Virus record (IMG/VR): IMGVR_UViG_3300032053_000008 | Length of the DNA: 64,000 nt | Direction: 5' to 3' (one strand) | DNA from: a virus | Shown: one piece after another, positions 1 through 9,184 of the stretch | How positions within the stretch are numbered: the stretch's first letter is position 1 | Layout: every line of letters starts with the position of its first letter | Program-made: the position numbers and the translations under genes | Notes under the pieces: model-generated | The model's input: the letters and a program-made list of their open reading frames with translations, nothing else | Databases searched by the model: none | What the model was told of the DNA's origin: nothing

Positions 1-122
1 TGTAAACTTGCTAAGACTGTGTCCCCAACATTATTCTTAATGATTTCAAGCTGTTGGTCTGTGAATATTTCACTAGATTTAACCGCACCTTGCTGGTCCG
101 GGATCTGACTGTTGTATGACAT
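1..122 (-). CDS. hypothetical protein, partial (runs off window), MSYNSQIPDQQ...
   Basis: ATG at 122 with GGAG RBS, open to the window edge; TAATCTT motif upstream at 161-167. Confidence 0.6.
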   Translation of the reverse strand, partial: MSYNSQIPDQQGAVKSSEIFTDQQLEIIKNNVGDTVLASL

Positions 123-208
123 TGAAACTCCAATGCTAAAAGGCAGGTGTACCCCGCCATAAGATTATGCTTTATGTAGTTTTGCTAATGAAAACAGTAA
201 GATAGACT

Positions 209-391
209 TTATTCACAAGGTATCAGAATGTTAATCTCAGCTCCCATCTTTTTATATTTTAGAGCTAGTTCGTCCATATAAGCAACAGCTTTTTCAACAT
301 CATTATCATGGAACTTAGCTAGCATTTCACCAGCTTCAAGCTTTTGGTCTGGCGTTAGGCTTAACCATAAAATTGTTTTTTGGTTTTCCAT
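209..391 (-). CDS. hypothetical protein (60 aa)
   Basis: ORF with AGGAG RBS overlapping the 3' end of the upstream gene. Confidence 0.6.
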   Translation of the reverse strand: MENQKTILWLSLTPDQKLEAGEMLAKFHDNDVEKAVAYMDELALKYKKMGAEINILIPCE

Positions 392-2429
392 TGTTGTCTC
401 CTTGTGACAAAGAGCTTATCGGCGATTCACCAGAAAACTTGAATTTATTTTCATCCCATTTCCAAGTATGCATAACCGTTGATTTACCTTTAGCATGTCT
501 CTCAGCTTTTAACTGGAATCCTGTTTGTGTAGGGGTTAGCGAGTACCCCGGTTTGTTTTGCATCGCCCAAACGAAATGCCGCATTCTGGCTTCTGGTTCT
601 CCAAAACCTGAATCAACAACATGCCTGTCACCATCTTTTGACATTCTAGAATACATTTGATCAATGGTTCTAGCATGTTGCGGCATTTGTTGTTTAAGGT
701 TTGAATGCAAACCTAGTGCGGTTTTGTCAAAGTCATCTGCTATGTCTTTACGGTATACCCATACCGGCTTTTTACCCGGCTTAACAGATCTCCCAGATAC
801 ATGATTGGGGTTTTCTGGGTGAGGGGTTCCAGGAGGATCATGCGCTTCTGGTTCCCATTTACCGTTTCTTAAGTTTCTTACAACCTTTTCTAGTTCTTCT
901 AGGTCTAAAGGCTCTGGTCTCCAATCGCTAGTATGCAAAAACATTTTGAAGATGTCTTCAGATTTGACAAATTTTGGCTGTTTAGCTAGGTGATCTCGGT
1001 ACATCTCCTTTACCATGCCCATATGTTCCGACCCTAACTTTGTATGTTTAAAATTTGGGTGACTGGCATTTACTATAACTTCTTTTTCATAGTGATACTC
1101 GCTTTCACCAATCTTTCTTTTATCTTCGGATTGGGGTTGCCCTACTGCATTAGGTATATGATGAATGGCTGATTCTGGAACCCAACTTGAATATACACCG
1201 CCTAAGTGTTTTTCTTTTGCTTTTGAAAAGTTATCAATATCTTTTCCGTGTGTATCCATATTGTATTTTGTAACTTTTTTAGCAGCTTGGGTTAGTTCAT
1301 GGTCTGGTGGGTACTCATTTATCACGGCTTGCGGACTTACATCTGACCTAAATCCAACATTAAAATCTTCGGCGATTTTTGGTTTTGGTGTAAATGAAGT
1401 AAGCCCGCTAAGCTGATCATTATTTCTATGATCGTAGCCGGTCTTACCTCTAAATAAAAGGTATTCTCTTTCGTTAGTTTCCGGATTGTGGCGACTTATT
1501 GCATCTTTGTATAGCTTAACCATAGCCCTAGTTTTGGCTGGACCGGTTAAAGCTGGTACAAGGTTTCTATCTGCGGATTCATTTACCCACGTGTGTAAAA
1601 GTTTTCTGTGACCTTCTGACACATCTTTTTTTGGATTAAACGGTGCTACTCTTTTCATGGCACCTTTGGCTAATTCATCAGCCAGTCCAGAACTCTTGAG
1701 TTTGGTATAGTATTTTGGATCTTCTGACAAATGGTCGGCCACAATTTCTGAGGCCAGGTCATGGTCCCCGGTATGCTCAGCTTCAACGTCCAGACCCATT
1801 TCAAATTCATCCGGGTCAAAATCTGACCGTTTTTTGTTGTCACCCTTGCCACCTGGCAGTTCGTCTTTAGTCATTTTGTCAAAATCGAAGTTATAGGTGA
1901 CATATCTCATACCTTTGGAGGTAGGTATTTCAGAATAGTAGTTGTCAGGTTTTTGGTCAGTAGCTACGTGACCCTGGCCCGAGGCGTACATACCGGCATT
2001 AGGGCCATGCAAAAAGTGCATTTGGTGGTTATGGCCGCTAGAGCTAATAATAGAGTCTTGTCCAAGGCTATGGGCAAACTGCTTGATTTGGTCAATATTT
2101 TTAGGGTTGTGTATGATAAAGCTGTTTTCAAGTCCATCGTAATTGCCGCGTATAGCCTCAACGCTGGACCCAAGGGTATTGAGGTGTTTCATTTGCTGGT
2201 CATGGCTTAAGCCAGAACTTACTGGATGCTTTGGGTTTTCTAAGGACACGATAGCATGAGGTTGGCCGTTTAAAATAGGATGACCTTGATCTTCTGCTTT
2301 TGTAAGTTCTGGATTTTGTTCAGATCTTTGGTCTTTAAAGTTAAGCCAAGGATCTTCCGAGGCTATTTTGGGTAGCATTAAGTTTTTTATCTTTTGTTCC
2401 AGTAACTTACGCTTGTGCCAATATGTCAT
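336..2429 (-). CDS. multidomain, probably virion-packaged protein: DUF3293/SAM-lyase-like N-domain, DUF5661-like domain, ADP-ribosyltransferase-like domain
   Basis: Start moved to MTYWHK (ATG 2429, AAGGGG RBS). Motifs GNYDGLENSF..AHSLGQDSII; MGLDVEAEHT..EIVADHLSEDPKYYTKL; LFRG..LTSFT..EKEVIV (R-S-E ART pattern). Recognised by eye. Confidence 0.6.
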   Translation of the reverse strand: MTYWHKRKLLEQKIKNLMLPKIASEDPWLNFKDQRSEQNPELTKAEDQGHPILNGQPHAIVSLENPKHPVSSGLSHDQQMKHLNTLGSSVEAIRGNYDGLENSFIIHNPKNIDQIKQFAHSLGQDSIISSSGHNHQMHFLHGPNAGMYASGQGHVATDQKPDNYYSEIPTSKGMRYVTYNFDFDKMTKDELPGGKGDNKKRSDFDPDEFEMGLDVEAEHTGDHDLASEIVADHLSEDPKYYTKLKSSGLADELAKGAMKRVAPFNPKKDVSEGHRKLLHTWVNESADRNLVPALTGPAKTRAMVKLYKDAISRHNPETNEREYLLFRGKTGYDHRNNDQLSGLTSFTPKPKIAEDFNVGFRSDVSPQAVINEYPPDHELTQAAKKVTKYNMDTHGKDIDNFSKAKEKHLGGVYSSWVPESAIHHIPNAVGQPQSEDKRKIGESEYHYEKEVIVNASHPNFKHTKLGSEHMGMVKEMYRDHLAKQPKFVKSEDIFKMFLHTSDWRPEPLDLEELEKVVRNLRNGKWEPEAHDPPGTPHPENPNHVSGRSVKPGKKPVWVYRKDIADDFDKTALGLHSNLKQQMPQHARTIDQMYSRMSKDGDRHVVDSGFGEPEARMRHFVWAMQNKPGYSLTPTQTGFQLKAERHAKGKSTVMHTWKWDENKFKFSGESPISSLSQGDNNGKPKNNFMVKPNARPKA

Positions 2430-2451
2430 ATAAGCCCCTTTATCCAACCTT

Positions 2452-2460
2452 AAGATTAAG
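2452..2460 (-). promoter_or_regulatory. putative late promoter motif CTTAATCTT
   Basis: Same motif upstream of several minus-strand structural genes (22858, 31791, 38690). Confidence 0.5.
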
Positions 2461-2462
2461 GC

Positions 2463-2489
2463 TAAAGTTTTTCCCAGATCAGCCGATAA
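2463..2489 (+). promoter_or_regulatory. sigma-28 (FliA) promoter
   Basis: TAAAGTTT-N11-GCCGATAA, perfect consensus, followed by AAGGAG RBS and ATG 2515. Confidence 0.9.
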
Positions 2490-2514
2490 GGCAATGTAAC
2501 ACAAAGGAGACCAC

Positions 2515-2799
2515 ATGTCACTGAAAACGTATAAAGTAGCAACATTACTAGTAATTGACCTAGATTCTGGTAATGAAATTGCCTGTACTGTAACCTCTGA
2601 TATTACCGTTGATCCTATGGCAGGGGCAGACCGAGATGGACGTAGAGGCTACCAGGAATACTACCGAGGCAACACTTTAGCTTTACCTTTTGGCGAAGAG
2701 TGTAGCCTAGAAGAAAAACACGAATTTGAAACAAAACTAAATAAAGCTATTGACACGTATGACTGGATAGATGCACTCTTGAAGCAGTATGACGTTTAA
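2515..2799 (+). CDS. hypothetical protein
   Basis: ORF with strong RBS after sigma-28 promoter. Confidence 0.8.
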   Translation: MSLKTYKVATLLVIDLDSGNEIACTVTSDITVDPMAGADRDGRRGYQEYYRGNTLALPFGEECSLEEKHEFETKLNKAIDTYDWIDALLKQYDV

Positions 2800-2814
2800 C
2801 CTTTAGGAGCAGTC

Positions 2815-3093
2815 ATGGCAAACAGTATTCTTGGTCGAGCATTTTTGGTTGGTGTTTTTGCTGGCAGTGTAGCTATTGTTGTTGCTTTGTTGATGTCTTG
2901 TAACTCTCCAGCTAAAGTACACACAAGCAATTTCCGTTTGATGTGTTGGCTGCCAAACGGTGAAGTTTTCTATAATGGTACAGCTAGCAGAGTTGAAGCT
3001 CGCGGCGGCGGATTAACTTTTGTGCCAGATATTGGCCCACAAACCGGTATGATAATCAATACCACCAATGCTTGCACTTGGGCACAACTATGA
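2815..3093 (+). CDS. putative lipoprotein/membrane protein
   Basis: Hydrophobic N-terminus ending LLMSC; AGGAG RBS. Confidence 0.65.
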   Translation: MANSILGRAFLVGVFAGSVAIVVALLMSCNSPAKVHTSNFRLMCWLPNGEVFYNGTASRVEARGGGLTFVPDIGPQTGMIINTTNACTWAQL

Positions 3094-3269
3094 CCAAAAG
3101 ATTGGCCTATTACCTAATAGACAAAAAGACTGGCACACCACTAGCAGCCCATACCCAAAATGGAGCTAGGCTACAAGAATGGAAAGAAGAGCTAGAAAAA
3201 AGAGGCTACGAGGTTGAGGTACAACCTAGAGAAATTGAAGATATTTTTGATGGAAAGGTGGGGCAATGA
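3090..3269 (+). CDS. hypothetical protein
   Basis: ATGA-coupled ORF starting MTKRLAYY. Confidence 0.65.
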   Translation: MTKRLAYYLIDKKTGTPLAAHTQNGARLQEWKEELEKRGYEVEVQPREIEDIFDGKVGQ

Positions 3270-3817
3270 ATCTTTTGTGGCTTGATCTGGAAACAACTGG
3301 ACTAGATCCAATGAAACACGATATCCTGGAAATTGGGATGGTTGTTACTGATGATTCTTTAAATGTTCTAGAGTCGCTTAATATCGTCTTAGCTCAACAG
3401 GAAGAGGCTTTAGGCCGTATGGACCAATGGTGCTGGACCACCCACACCCAGTCCGGTCTAGTGGATGCTGTGCGTAACAGTGACACTACCATGTTTGATG
3501 CCAAGATTTTGATGAGCGTTTTTCTTACGATGAACTTTCCTAATACCAAGCCAGTTTTACATGGCAACAGTATCCATTTTGACAAAAAGTTTATTGATTT
3601 GCACATGCCGGAAATCTCTGAAATGCTCCATTACCGCCTGATGGACGTGTCGTCCTGGAAAGAGTGGTTTAAGACTGTTGGATTTTCATATAAAGCTCAA
3701 TTTCCATCAAACCATAGAGCACTAGATGACATCAGAGGTAGTGTTGAAGAGTTTAAGTATTATAGCGGAGTTGTGAAAAAAGGTTTAGATAATATGGAGC
3801 ATCAGCCAAATGGCTAG
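3266..3817 (+). CDS. orn: oligoribonuclease (DEDDh 3'-5' exonuclease)
   Basis: LWLDLETTGLDP..ILEIG..TD, THTQSGL, GNSIHFDKKF, LHYRLMDVSS, HRALDDIRGS. Confidence 0.9.
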   Translation: MNLLWLDLETTGLDPMKHDILEIGMVVTDDSLNVLESLNIVLAQQEEALGRMDQWCWTTHTQSGLVDAVRNSDTTMFDAKILMSVFLTMNFPNTKPVLHGNSIHFDKKFIDLHMPEISEMLHYRLMDVSSWKEWFKTVGFSYKAQFPSNHRALDDIRGSVEEFKYYSGVVKKGLDNMEHQPNG

Positions 3818-4007
3818 GAAGATCAGGCCACTAGGTAAAATAATGCTTGAAATGGAACCTTTGATTCTGGAAATGGTTGATCATGATGTCCAACATGGTG
3901 ACATCCTTAACCTTATTCGAGGTTATTTAGAAGTCCATTGCCCTGATGCCAGAGAAGAATATGAAGACGGATCACATCCAGTCTTTTTTTATGGAGCTAA
4001 AAAGTGA
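3810..4007 (+). CDS. hypothetical protein
   Basis: Coupled ORF with GGAG RBS. Confidence 0.7.
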   Translation: MARKIRPLGKIMLEMEPLILEMVDHDVQHGDILNLIRGYLEVHCPDAREEYEDGSHPVFFYGAKK

Positions 4008-4222
4008 AAAATTTGAATCCAGATACATTTAAGGCTAAACTATACGAAAAGTATGGTGAACTTTTTGGCCACAGTTATGGCCACTTTTTGGCGTGGTATG
4101 AAGACCCTAAAATCTATTGGGGCAATCTTAGTCCTAAAGAAATGGTAGAAGCTGGCCGATATGGTAGTGTAGCTGGAACACTGGAAAGCTACATTACCGG
4201 AGAATCTAGTCCACACAGTTGA
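4004..4222 (+). CDS. small protein resembling the Xre/MbcA/ParS antitoxin C-terminal domain
   Basis: WYEDPKIYWGNLSPKEMVEAGR resembles W..P...LG..P..++..G. Confidence 0.4.
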   Translation: MKNLNPDTFKAKLYEKYGELFGHSYGHFLAWYEDPKIYWGNLSPKEMVEAGRYGSVAGTLESYITGESSPHS

Positions 4223-4231
4223 GGTAAAAAA

Positions 4232-4975
4232 ATGGTTAAAATTTTACTCTTAAATGACACCCATAAAGGCTTTACACACAACACGGACAAAATACACCAA
4301 AAGTTTTTCCAAGATGTTGCCAGGGAAGAATTTGACGTAATAGTTCATGCTGGTGACATGGCGACCAACAAGCAAAAGCAAGTTAAACGTACTTTTGAAC
4401 AAATGCGTCAATTAGCAGGCAAAAGACCGGTATTGGCCGTTAGGGGCAATCATGACTATTGGCAACACAACAAAAGGTTTGGCTGGTTAAACTTTTATCA
4501 ATTGCTAGACCAGCATCGAGTTTGGGCCAAAGAAAACGATATAGTCCTTTTAGATGAGGGTGGTTTATACGAAACTGACCAGATATTTATTGGCGGATTT
4601 CTTACTTGGTATAAAGAGTGTAAACCAGGTACAAATGACTACCAGTGGATGGACAACCTTACCCCAGACTGTCAAATTGTTGGGGACTATTTAAGAGCTT
4701 TGGAATACAAACGTATAAACGATTTGATTCCTTTGTTAGACAATGCTATTGGTAAAACCAGGATTGTTGTTAGCCATATGCCTATCTTTGGGGATGCCAG
4801 AGACCAAAGATATACAGCTAATTACAATAATCAAGTTGCGTTAAAAGGTAATTGCGAATACTATTTTTGTGGTCATAGCCATAGGCACTATGAAGGTCAA
4901 GAACAGTTTTGGGCCAAGGTTTATCAGACCGGAACAGACTACAATAAACCAAGATACCAGATAATTGAGGTATAA
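4232..4975 (+). CDS. calcineurin-like metallophosphoesterase
   Basis: DTH, AGD, GNHD, SH, GHSH motifs. Confidence 0.9.
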   Translation: MVKILLLNDTHKGFTHNTDKIHQKFFQDVAREEFDVIVHAGDMATNKQKQVKRTFEQMRQLAGKRPVLAVRGNHDYWQHNKRFGWLNFYQLLDQHRVWAKENDIVLLDEGGLYETDQIFIGGFLTWYKECKPGTNDYQWMDNLTPDCQIVGDYLRALEYKRINDLIPLLDNAIGKTRIVVSHMPIFGDARDQRYTANYNNQVALKGNCEYYFCGHSHRHYEGQEQFWAKVYQTGTDYNKPRYQIIEV

Positions 4976-4977
4976 CA

Positions 4978-5217
4978 ATGACACCCAAAGAAATCAACGA
5001 CTTATACAATAACTGTGAACATCTATACGAAATTCAAGGTGTTTTGTTAGAAAACTGGCCAAAGATTTATGAACTAATCAAAGCGGCAGAAGGAGTAGCT
5101 TATGGACTTGAAATCTCATTGTGCGGCGGAAGCGACGATAGGGTTATGTATTCTATGGCTGTTTCGCTGGCTAATTACAAAAAAGCGCTAAAGGAACTAG
5201 AAATTGAGCAAGCTTAA
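4978..5217 (+). CDS. hypothetical protein (Ead/Ea22-like paralog family)
   Basis: WPKIYELIKAAE resembles 17576 and 17970 ORFs. Confidence 0.6.
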   Translation: MTPKEINDLYNNCEHLYEIQGVLLENWPKIYELIKAAEGVAYGLEISLCGGSDDRVMYSMAVSLANYKKALKELEIEQA

Positions 5218-5467
5218 TTTCCATTTGAATGGACGACTCCTTACCTGGCAAATCTTTGAAAAAGACTTGTCTGATTATCTTACTTTTGTAATTATGAGCC
5301 CGCTGGTACGATATGGTGACCTAAGTGTGCACAACATAGACCAAACTAAAGGCTTTTCATTAGAAATGCCAACTAAAATAAGTTTTGAAAAAGACGACTA
5401 CAGCTGGACCATTATTGTAAGATTTATGGGTTTTGGGTTTCAAATTTTTAGGCAACAGGGGTATTGA
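5204..5467 (+). CDS. hypothetical protein
   Basis: Coupled ORF, AAGGA RBS, TTG start. Confidence 0.6.
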   Translation: MSKLNFHLNGRLLTWQIFEKDLSDYLTFVIMSPLVRYGDLSVHNIDQTKGFSLEMPTKISFEKDDYSWTIIVRFMGFGFQIFRQQGY

Positions 5468-5820
5468 TGCCAGATACAAAAACCCTAAAAAAATACCTTA
5501 ACAAAACAACAGCTTGGCCGTGGACTAGCATATATACCCATCCATTTGGTGTCCAAATCAAGGAGGTAACTATTACCAACTTCACTGGTGCCGACTACTT
5601 CAAACAACATGACGCTATCTTGATTTTGATGTTAAGGTCTATGTTGCCTGAAATGATCAATTTGATAGAAGCTGCCGATCAATTAATTGAAGGGTCCACT
5701 ACCAGAGCTGACATTCTGGAAAATGGTGAAATTCATGTACATTGGACAAAAGTAAGCCAAGAACACTGGTCTAACCTATACAATACACTAAAAGCCATAA
5801 AGGAGAAAAAAATTGAATAA
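5464..5820 (+). CDS. hypothetical protein (Ead/Ea22-like)
   Basis: TAWPW..DAILI..RSMLPEMINLIEAAD pattern. Confidence 0.6.
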   Translation: MMPDTKTLKKYLNKTTAWPWTSIYTHPFGVQIKEVTITNFTGADYFKQHDAILILMLRSMLPEMINLIEAADQLIEGSTTRADILENGEIHVHWTKVSQEHWSNLYNTLKAIKEKKIE

Positions 5821-6010
5821 TATAATTGGAACATTTTCTTTGTCTTACACTTTAGGTATAGTTGACTTGCCCGAAGGTCCTTTTATTTGCGTAGAGTGTG
5901 ATCTATTGGACAAGCCAATACTTGCTAGAAGAAAAGACACGGTAATGCGACTATTTTATGCAGCGTTAAGCGACAAATATAAATGGAGACCAGAAAATGT
6001 TAACAATTAG
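5813..6010 (+). CDS. hypothetical protein
   Basis: AAGGAG RBS, TTG start. Confidence 0.6.
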   Translation: MNNIIGTFSLSYTLGIVDLPEGPFICVECDLLDKPILARRKDTVMRLFYAALSDKYKWRPENVNN

Positions 6011-6632
6011 GCCCATTACCTCTAAAATAGTTCACGTTGAAGCTGGCACCCAAAAAGAGCTAAATGAAGCTTTTCTTCGGATCGTAGAGTATGGCGAATC
6101 TCCAGAATGGAAAGGCAAAATCTTTACCATTGGTCAATATCGTAAATGGTATGCCGAAACCAATGGTGCCTTCAGTTATGACACCGACTGGTCTGGCTTT
6201 AATGTCACCCAGGAACACTTTAAGCCATTCATTAAGGGTCTATTTGACCCTCTTACTCCTAGTGAACAACAACTAGTAGACTGGGTTAAAGATCGTGACG
6301 ATGTCTATAGCATGATAGGCAGTCAGCCTGATGGAGACGCTTTTGATCATGAGATGTGCCACGCTTTTTTTGCTACCGACACACACTACAAAGATTTGTG
6401 TATTCAGGTTATAGTGAATATGGCGCAATCTCGCCCAGATCAATATGCCAAAATGGCTAAATGGATTATTGATATTGGCTACCATGAATCAGTTACAATA
6501 GATGAAATGCACGCTTTTATTTCAGCGGACAGAGACTGGTTGATGGAAAAGAAGGGTATCTATGTTGACCCTAGCTTGCAAATTCAACTGGTTGATATTA
6601 AAAATAAATTCTATACACCTAAAAAAAGCTAA
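5997..6632 (+). CDS. conserved phage protein with HExxH motif (possible zincin-like metalloprotein)
   Basis: DHEMCHA and DEMHAF motifs. Confidence 0.55.
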   Translation: MLTIRPITSKIVHVEAGTQKELNEAFLRIVEYGESPEWKGKIFTIGQYRKWYAETNGAFSYDTDWSGFNVTQEHFKPFIKGLFDPLTPSEQQLVDWVKDRDDVYSMIGSQPDGDAFDHEMCHAFFATDTHYKDLCIQVIVNMAQSRPDQYAKMAKWIIDIGYHESVTIDEMHAFISADRDWLMEKKGIYVDPSLQIQLVDIKNKFYTPKKS

Positions 6633-6656
6633 AGTTTTTTTAACTTTGACCGATAG
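6630..6656 (+). promoter_or_regulatory. sigma-28 promoter
   Basis: TAAAGTTT-N11-ACCGATAG; -35 overlaps the upstream stop codon. Confidence 0.8.
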
Positions 6657-6729
6657 GGTGTTTGTCAGGTCGGCGTGGGAAATCGCTAGGTAAAAGTCAA
6701 GAGGCCCTTAACCTTTTATTGGAGATCAC

Positions 6730-6960
6730 ATGAAAATCAACCTGTTTTCAAATCTTAGCGGAATCTTTGGTCTTTTTGCTATAAGTTTGTTTCTGTTTGT
6801 AATTAGTGTATCGATGTATGGTCTTGTTCTGGCATTTAAGGCATCTTTGCTTATTGGAGTGTTGGCACTTTTTATTGAACCGGCACCATTTGTTATCGGT
6901 ATGATGTATCTTTTTAGTGACATTAATTTAGCTCAAAAACTTGCTGATTTTTTATTCTAA
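6730..6960 (+). CDS. membrane protein
   Basis: Two hydrophobic segments; GGAG RBS. Confidence 0.75.
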   Translation: MKINLFSNLSGIFGLFAISLFLFVISVSMYGLVLAFKASLLIGVLALFIEPAPFVIGMMYLFSDINLAQKLADFLF

Positions 6961-6981
6961 AACATAAATTAAGAGGTTATT

Positions 6982-7131
6982 ATGGAATTGTTTTTTGGTA
7001 TTCTTTTAGCAACAGGTGGGTTAGATATGAACGCGCAATACCAGTATTTTATCCTGGAAGCATGTGAAACCCAATACCCAGCAGCTGAAAGAATCAGTCT
7101 TGAAAAAGCTTTGTCTGAGGTTTACGACTAA
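6982..7131 (+). CDS. small hypothetical protein (49 aa, MELFFGILL...)
   Basis: GAGG RBS; below ORF-track cutoff. Confidence 0.6.
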   Translation: MELFFGILLATGGLDMNAQYQYFILEACETQYPAAERISLEKALSEVYD

Positions 7132-7159
7132 GTGCTTTCAAGTGCACTTTAAATTACTT

Positions 7160-7184
7160 TAAGGGGACATGAGGCCCCTTTTTT
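7160..7184 (+). terminator. Rho-independent terminator
   Basis: AAGGGG-acatgagg-CCCCTT followed by T run. Confidence 0.6.
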
Positions 7185-7201
7185 GCACTTTAGGGGTTTT
7201 T

Positions 7202-7489
7202 ATGTATGACGACCAAATAGTAAAAGAAAACGGTTTTGACAAGATTATTAAAGAGTTAAATAAACTAGAGGCCATTTTGCCTGGATTCTACCCAGAAGAA
7301 AATATCTTCTATAAAATTGGTAACTTAATGCGTCTGGCTGACAATATGGCTAGTGTGGTTGAGTCAATAGAGCCCTTTCTTAGGCATGAAGGTTACCTTA
7401 TGGCAGCAAACGACTGCCAAAAGCTTACTAGAGCTTGGAAACAGGAAACGGGAGACCAAGATGAAAGCCTTGATAGTAGCTCACTTTAA
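7202..7489 (+). CDS. hypothetical protein
   Basis: Start MYDDQ after GGGG RBS. Confidence 0.65.
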   Translation: MYDDQIVKENGFDKIIKELNKLEAILPGFYPEENIFYKIGNLMRLADNMASVVESIEPFLRHEGYLMAANDCQKLTRAWKQETGDQDESLDSSSL

Positions 7490-7661
7490 GACTGTTGTAA
7501 CAATACTTGGCACAATAGCTATTTGGTGTTTAATTGTGAAGTTTCCTTTTTATGCCTTGATGGCTTTTGGCGGTTTTTGTTTTATTATTGCATATTTTGC
7601 CATTTATTCACATTTTATAACTAAAAGACGATCAGATTTTGATGACTGGGGACCACGTTAA
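7461..7661 (+). CDS. membrane protein
   Basis: Start MKALIV after GGAG; two TM segments. Confidence 0.7.
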   Translation: MKALIVAHFKTVVTILGTIAIWCLIVKFPFYALMAFGGFCFIIAYFAIYSHFITKRRSDFDDWGPR

Positions 7662-7664
7662 TGC

Positions 7665-7691
7665 TAAAGTTTTCCTGATTTTTGCCGATAA
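7665..7691 (+). promoter_or_regulatory. sigma-28 promoter
   Basis: TAAAGTTT-N11-GCCGATAA. Confidence 0.9.
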
Positions 7692-7722
7692 GGTTTGAGT
7701 AAGTAACGTAAGGAGACCAAAA

Positions 7723-8076
7723 ATGATTGACATAACTAAGCAATACAAAACGCGAGATGGTCGGGATGTACGGATACTGTGTGTGGACGGGCCTAGCATT
7801 CACCACCCGGTTATAGGGATTATTAGTGGTGAGACAATACCCACAAGATGGTCAGAACATGGTATAGCTGCTTTCCCATGCTGTGACCTCCTCGAGGTCA
7901 AACCTAAGATCGTGGTTGAGCGGTGGGTGAATATTTTTCAGTACAAAAACTATAGCTCATCTGGACCCCATATTGATTGGTTCGATGACTCTCAGAGCGC
8001 CTTTGCAGAACATTATAATCCAAATATAACAGTCCTAGCCCGCGCGGTACCGTTTAAGTGGGAGGGGGAGGGATGA
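7723..8076 (+). CDS. hypothetical phage protein (KYKTRDGRDVRILCVD type)
   Basis: AAGGAG RBS after promoter. Confidence 0.8.
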   Translation: MIDITKQYKTRDGRDVRILCVDGPSIHHPVIGIISGETIPTRWSEHGIAAFPCCDLLEVKPKIVVERWVNIFQYKNYSSSGPHIDWFDDSQSAFAEHYNPNITVLARAVPFKWEGEG

Positions 8077-8354
8077 AAACTAAAGGCTTGACGCTAGCAG
8101 AGGCACACGCGAGTGGTAGGAAATATAAGCGTCCTCTATGGGATAGATACGCCCGACTGGTAGATAAGACAGTATTTCTACCAGACGCCATAGCCACAGA
8201 CTACGAGCTTGAACCAGAGGCTAAGCTGCTTACTAGGGAGGATGTAAAGGCGGCTATATATTTAGCACTGAGAGGGAAAATAGGCCCATCTTACCACGAT
8301 AGGTGCCTAGAAGAGGTGGTAACGGACAAACTATTCGGCCCGGAGGATGTATGA
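8073..8354 (+). CDS. hypothetical protein, paralog of 15773..15991
   Basis: MKTKGLTL.EAHA.GRKY..LEP.AKLLTREDV shared. Confidence 0.75.
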   Translation: MKTKGLTLAEAHASGRKYKRPLWDRYARLVDKTVFLPDAIATDYELEPEAKLLTREDVKAAIYLALRGKIGPSYHDRCLEEVVTDKLFGPEDV

Positions 8355-8569
8355 CCTTAGAAGACATGATAATGGACATAGATTCCGCTATAGAAGGCGA
8401 TGGTATCCCTGAAAAATGTGGGCAAGCAATCATAGCCGCGCTGAGGGCTGGGCAACAGATGAGAGAACAAGTAACTCTTGATGACGATGATTTTATTGAT
8501 GAAATAGACATGTCAATGTTTTTAGAAGGACTTCGAGCCTGGGACATGGCAACAAAGGAAGATATATAA
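8351..8569 (+). CDS. small paralog-family protein (IIAALRAG..MR..AWD.ATKED)
   Basis: GAGGATGTATGA coupled start; similar to 16712, 18230, 19621, 41157 ORFs. Confidence 0.75.
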   Translation: MTLEDMIMDIDSAIEGDGIPEKCGQAIIAALRAGQQMREQVTLDDDDFIDEIDMSMFLEGLRAWDMATKEDI

Positions 8570-8775
8570 GTTTTTACCAAGATTGGGCAGAAGAAGCTGC
8601 GTCATTATTGACGTTTAGGGATCAGTATGAACCTGAGGCTTTTGAATACCATGCGCAAAAACTGGTGGAAAAATGGGAAAAATACCCACCGCACGCACAA
8701 GGCATAAAGGAAATGGGTGAACAGTGGAGTGATGGTTTTGATGGTTCAGCCATTTGTCATCACACTAAAGACTAA
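8566..8775 (+). CDS. 69-codon ORF with ATA start (or start-dead pseudogene): ISFYQDWAEEAASLL...
   Basis: Open frame fills the gap exactly; junction GAAGATATATAA is a variant of GAGGATGTATGA. Confidence 0.55.
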   Translation: MSFYQDWAEEAASLLTFRDQYEPEAFEYHAQKLVEKWEKYPPHAQGIKEMGEQWSDGFDGSAICHHTKD

Positions 8776-8799
8776 AGTTTTCCTATGCCATGCCGATAA
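8773..8799 (+). promoter_or_regulatory. sigma-28 promoter
   Basis: TAAAGTTT-N11-GCCGATAA. Confidence 0.9.
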
Positions 8800-8817
8800 G
8801 GTATTTACGGAGGAAAC

Positions 8818-9171
8818 ATGGAAACCAAAGACAAACGCAACGGATGGAAACTTGGACTGAAAGTTGGTAGCCAAGTATTGCTTAACCATCGTTACACTGG
8901 CACAAAACTTGGCATTGTGTCAAAAATTACCCCAACTGGTATTATGACAATTACTCATGATAAATATGAAATTGTTTTTAATGCAGATGGATGGGAACGT
9001 GGCAGAGATGTTTACAGCTCATACCGTTTGGAAGAAGCCACTACGCAAGCCATTGAAAAGCTTAAAGTATTAAAAGAAAGACAAGGTCTTTATGCTGAAA
9101 TAAAAGCTTTTGACCTTTCAATTCTTCCACTGGGTAAGATGAAAGACATACTTGAGGTTTTGAAAAGATAG
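8818..9171 (+). CDS. hypothetical protein (small beta-barrel-like N-terminus)
   Basis: GGAGG RBS; LKVGSQV..VSKITPTG. Confidence 0.75.
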   Translation: METKDKRNGWKLGLKVGSQVLLNHRYTGTKLGIVSKITPTGIMTITHDKYEIVFNADGWERGRDVYSSYRLEEATTQAIEKLKVLKERQGLYAEIKAFDLSILPLGKMKDILEVLKR

Positions 9172-9184
9172 CACAAATAAAGAC

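Noticed and set aside
2430-2516. Extended N-terminus of the 726-aa ORF
   Set aside because: Spans the divergent promoters; the RBS supports ATG 2429
6660-6725. Riboswitch (e.g. c-di-GMP) in the unusually long leader
   Set aside because: Only a weak GGCG/CGCT hairpin; no recognisable aptamer consensus
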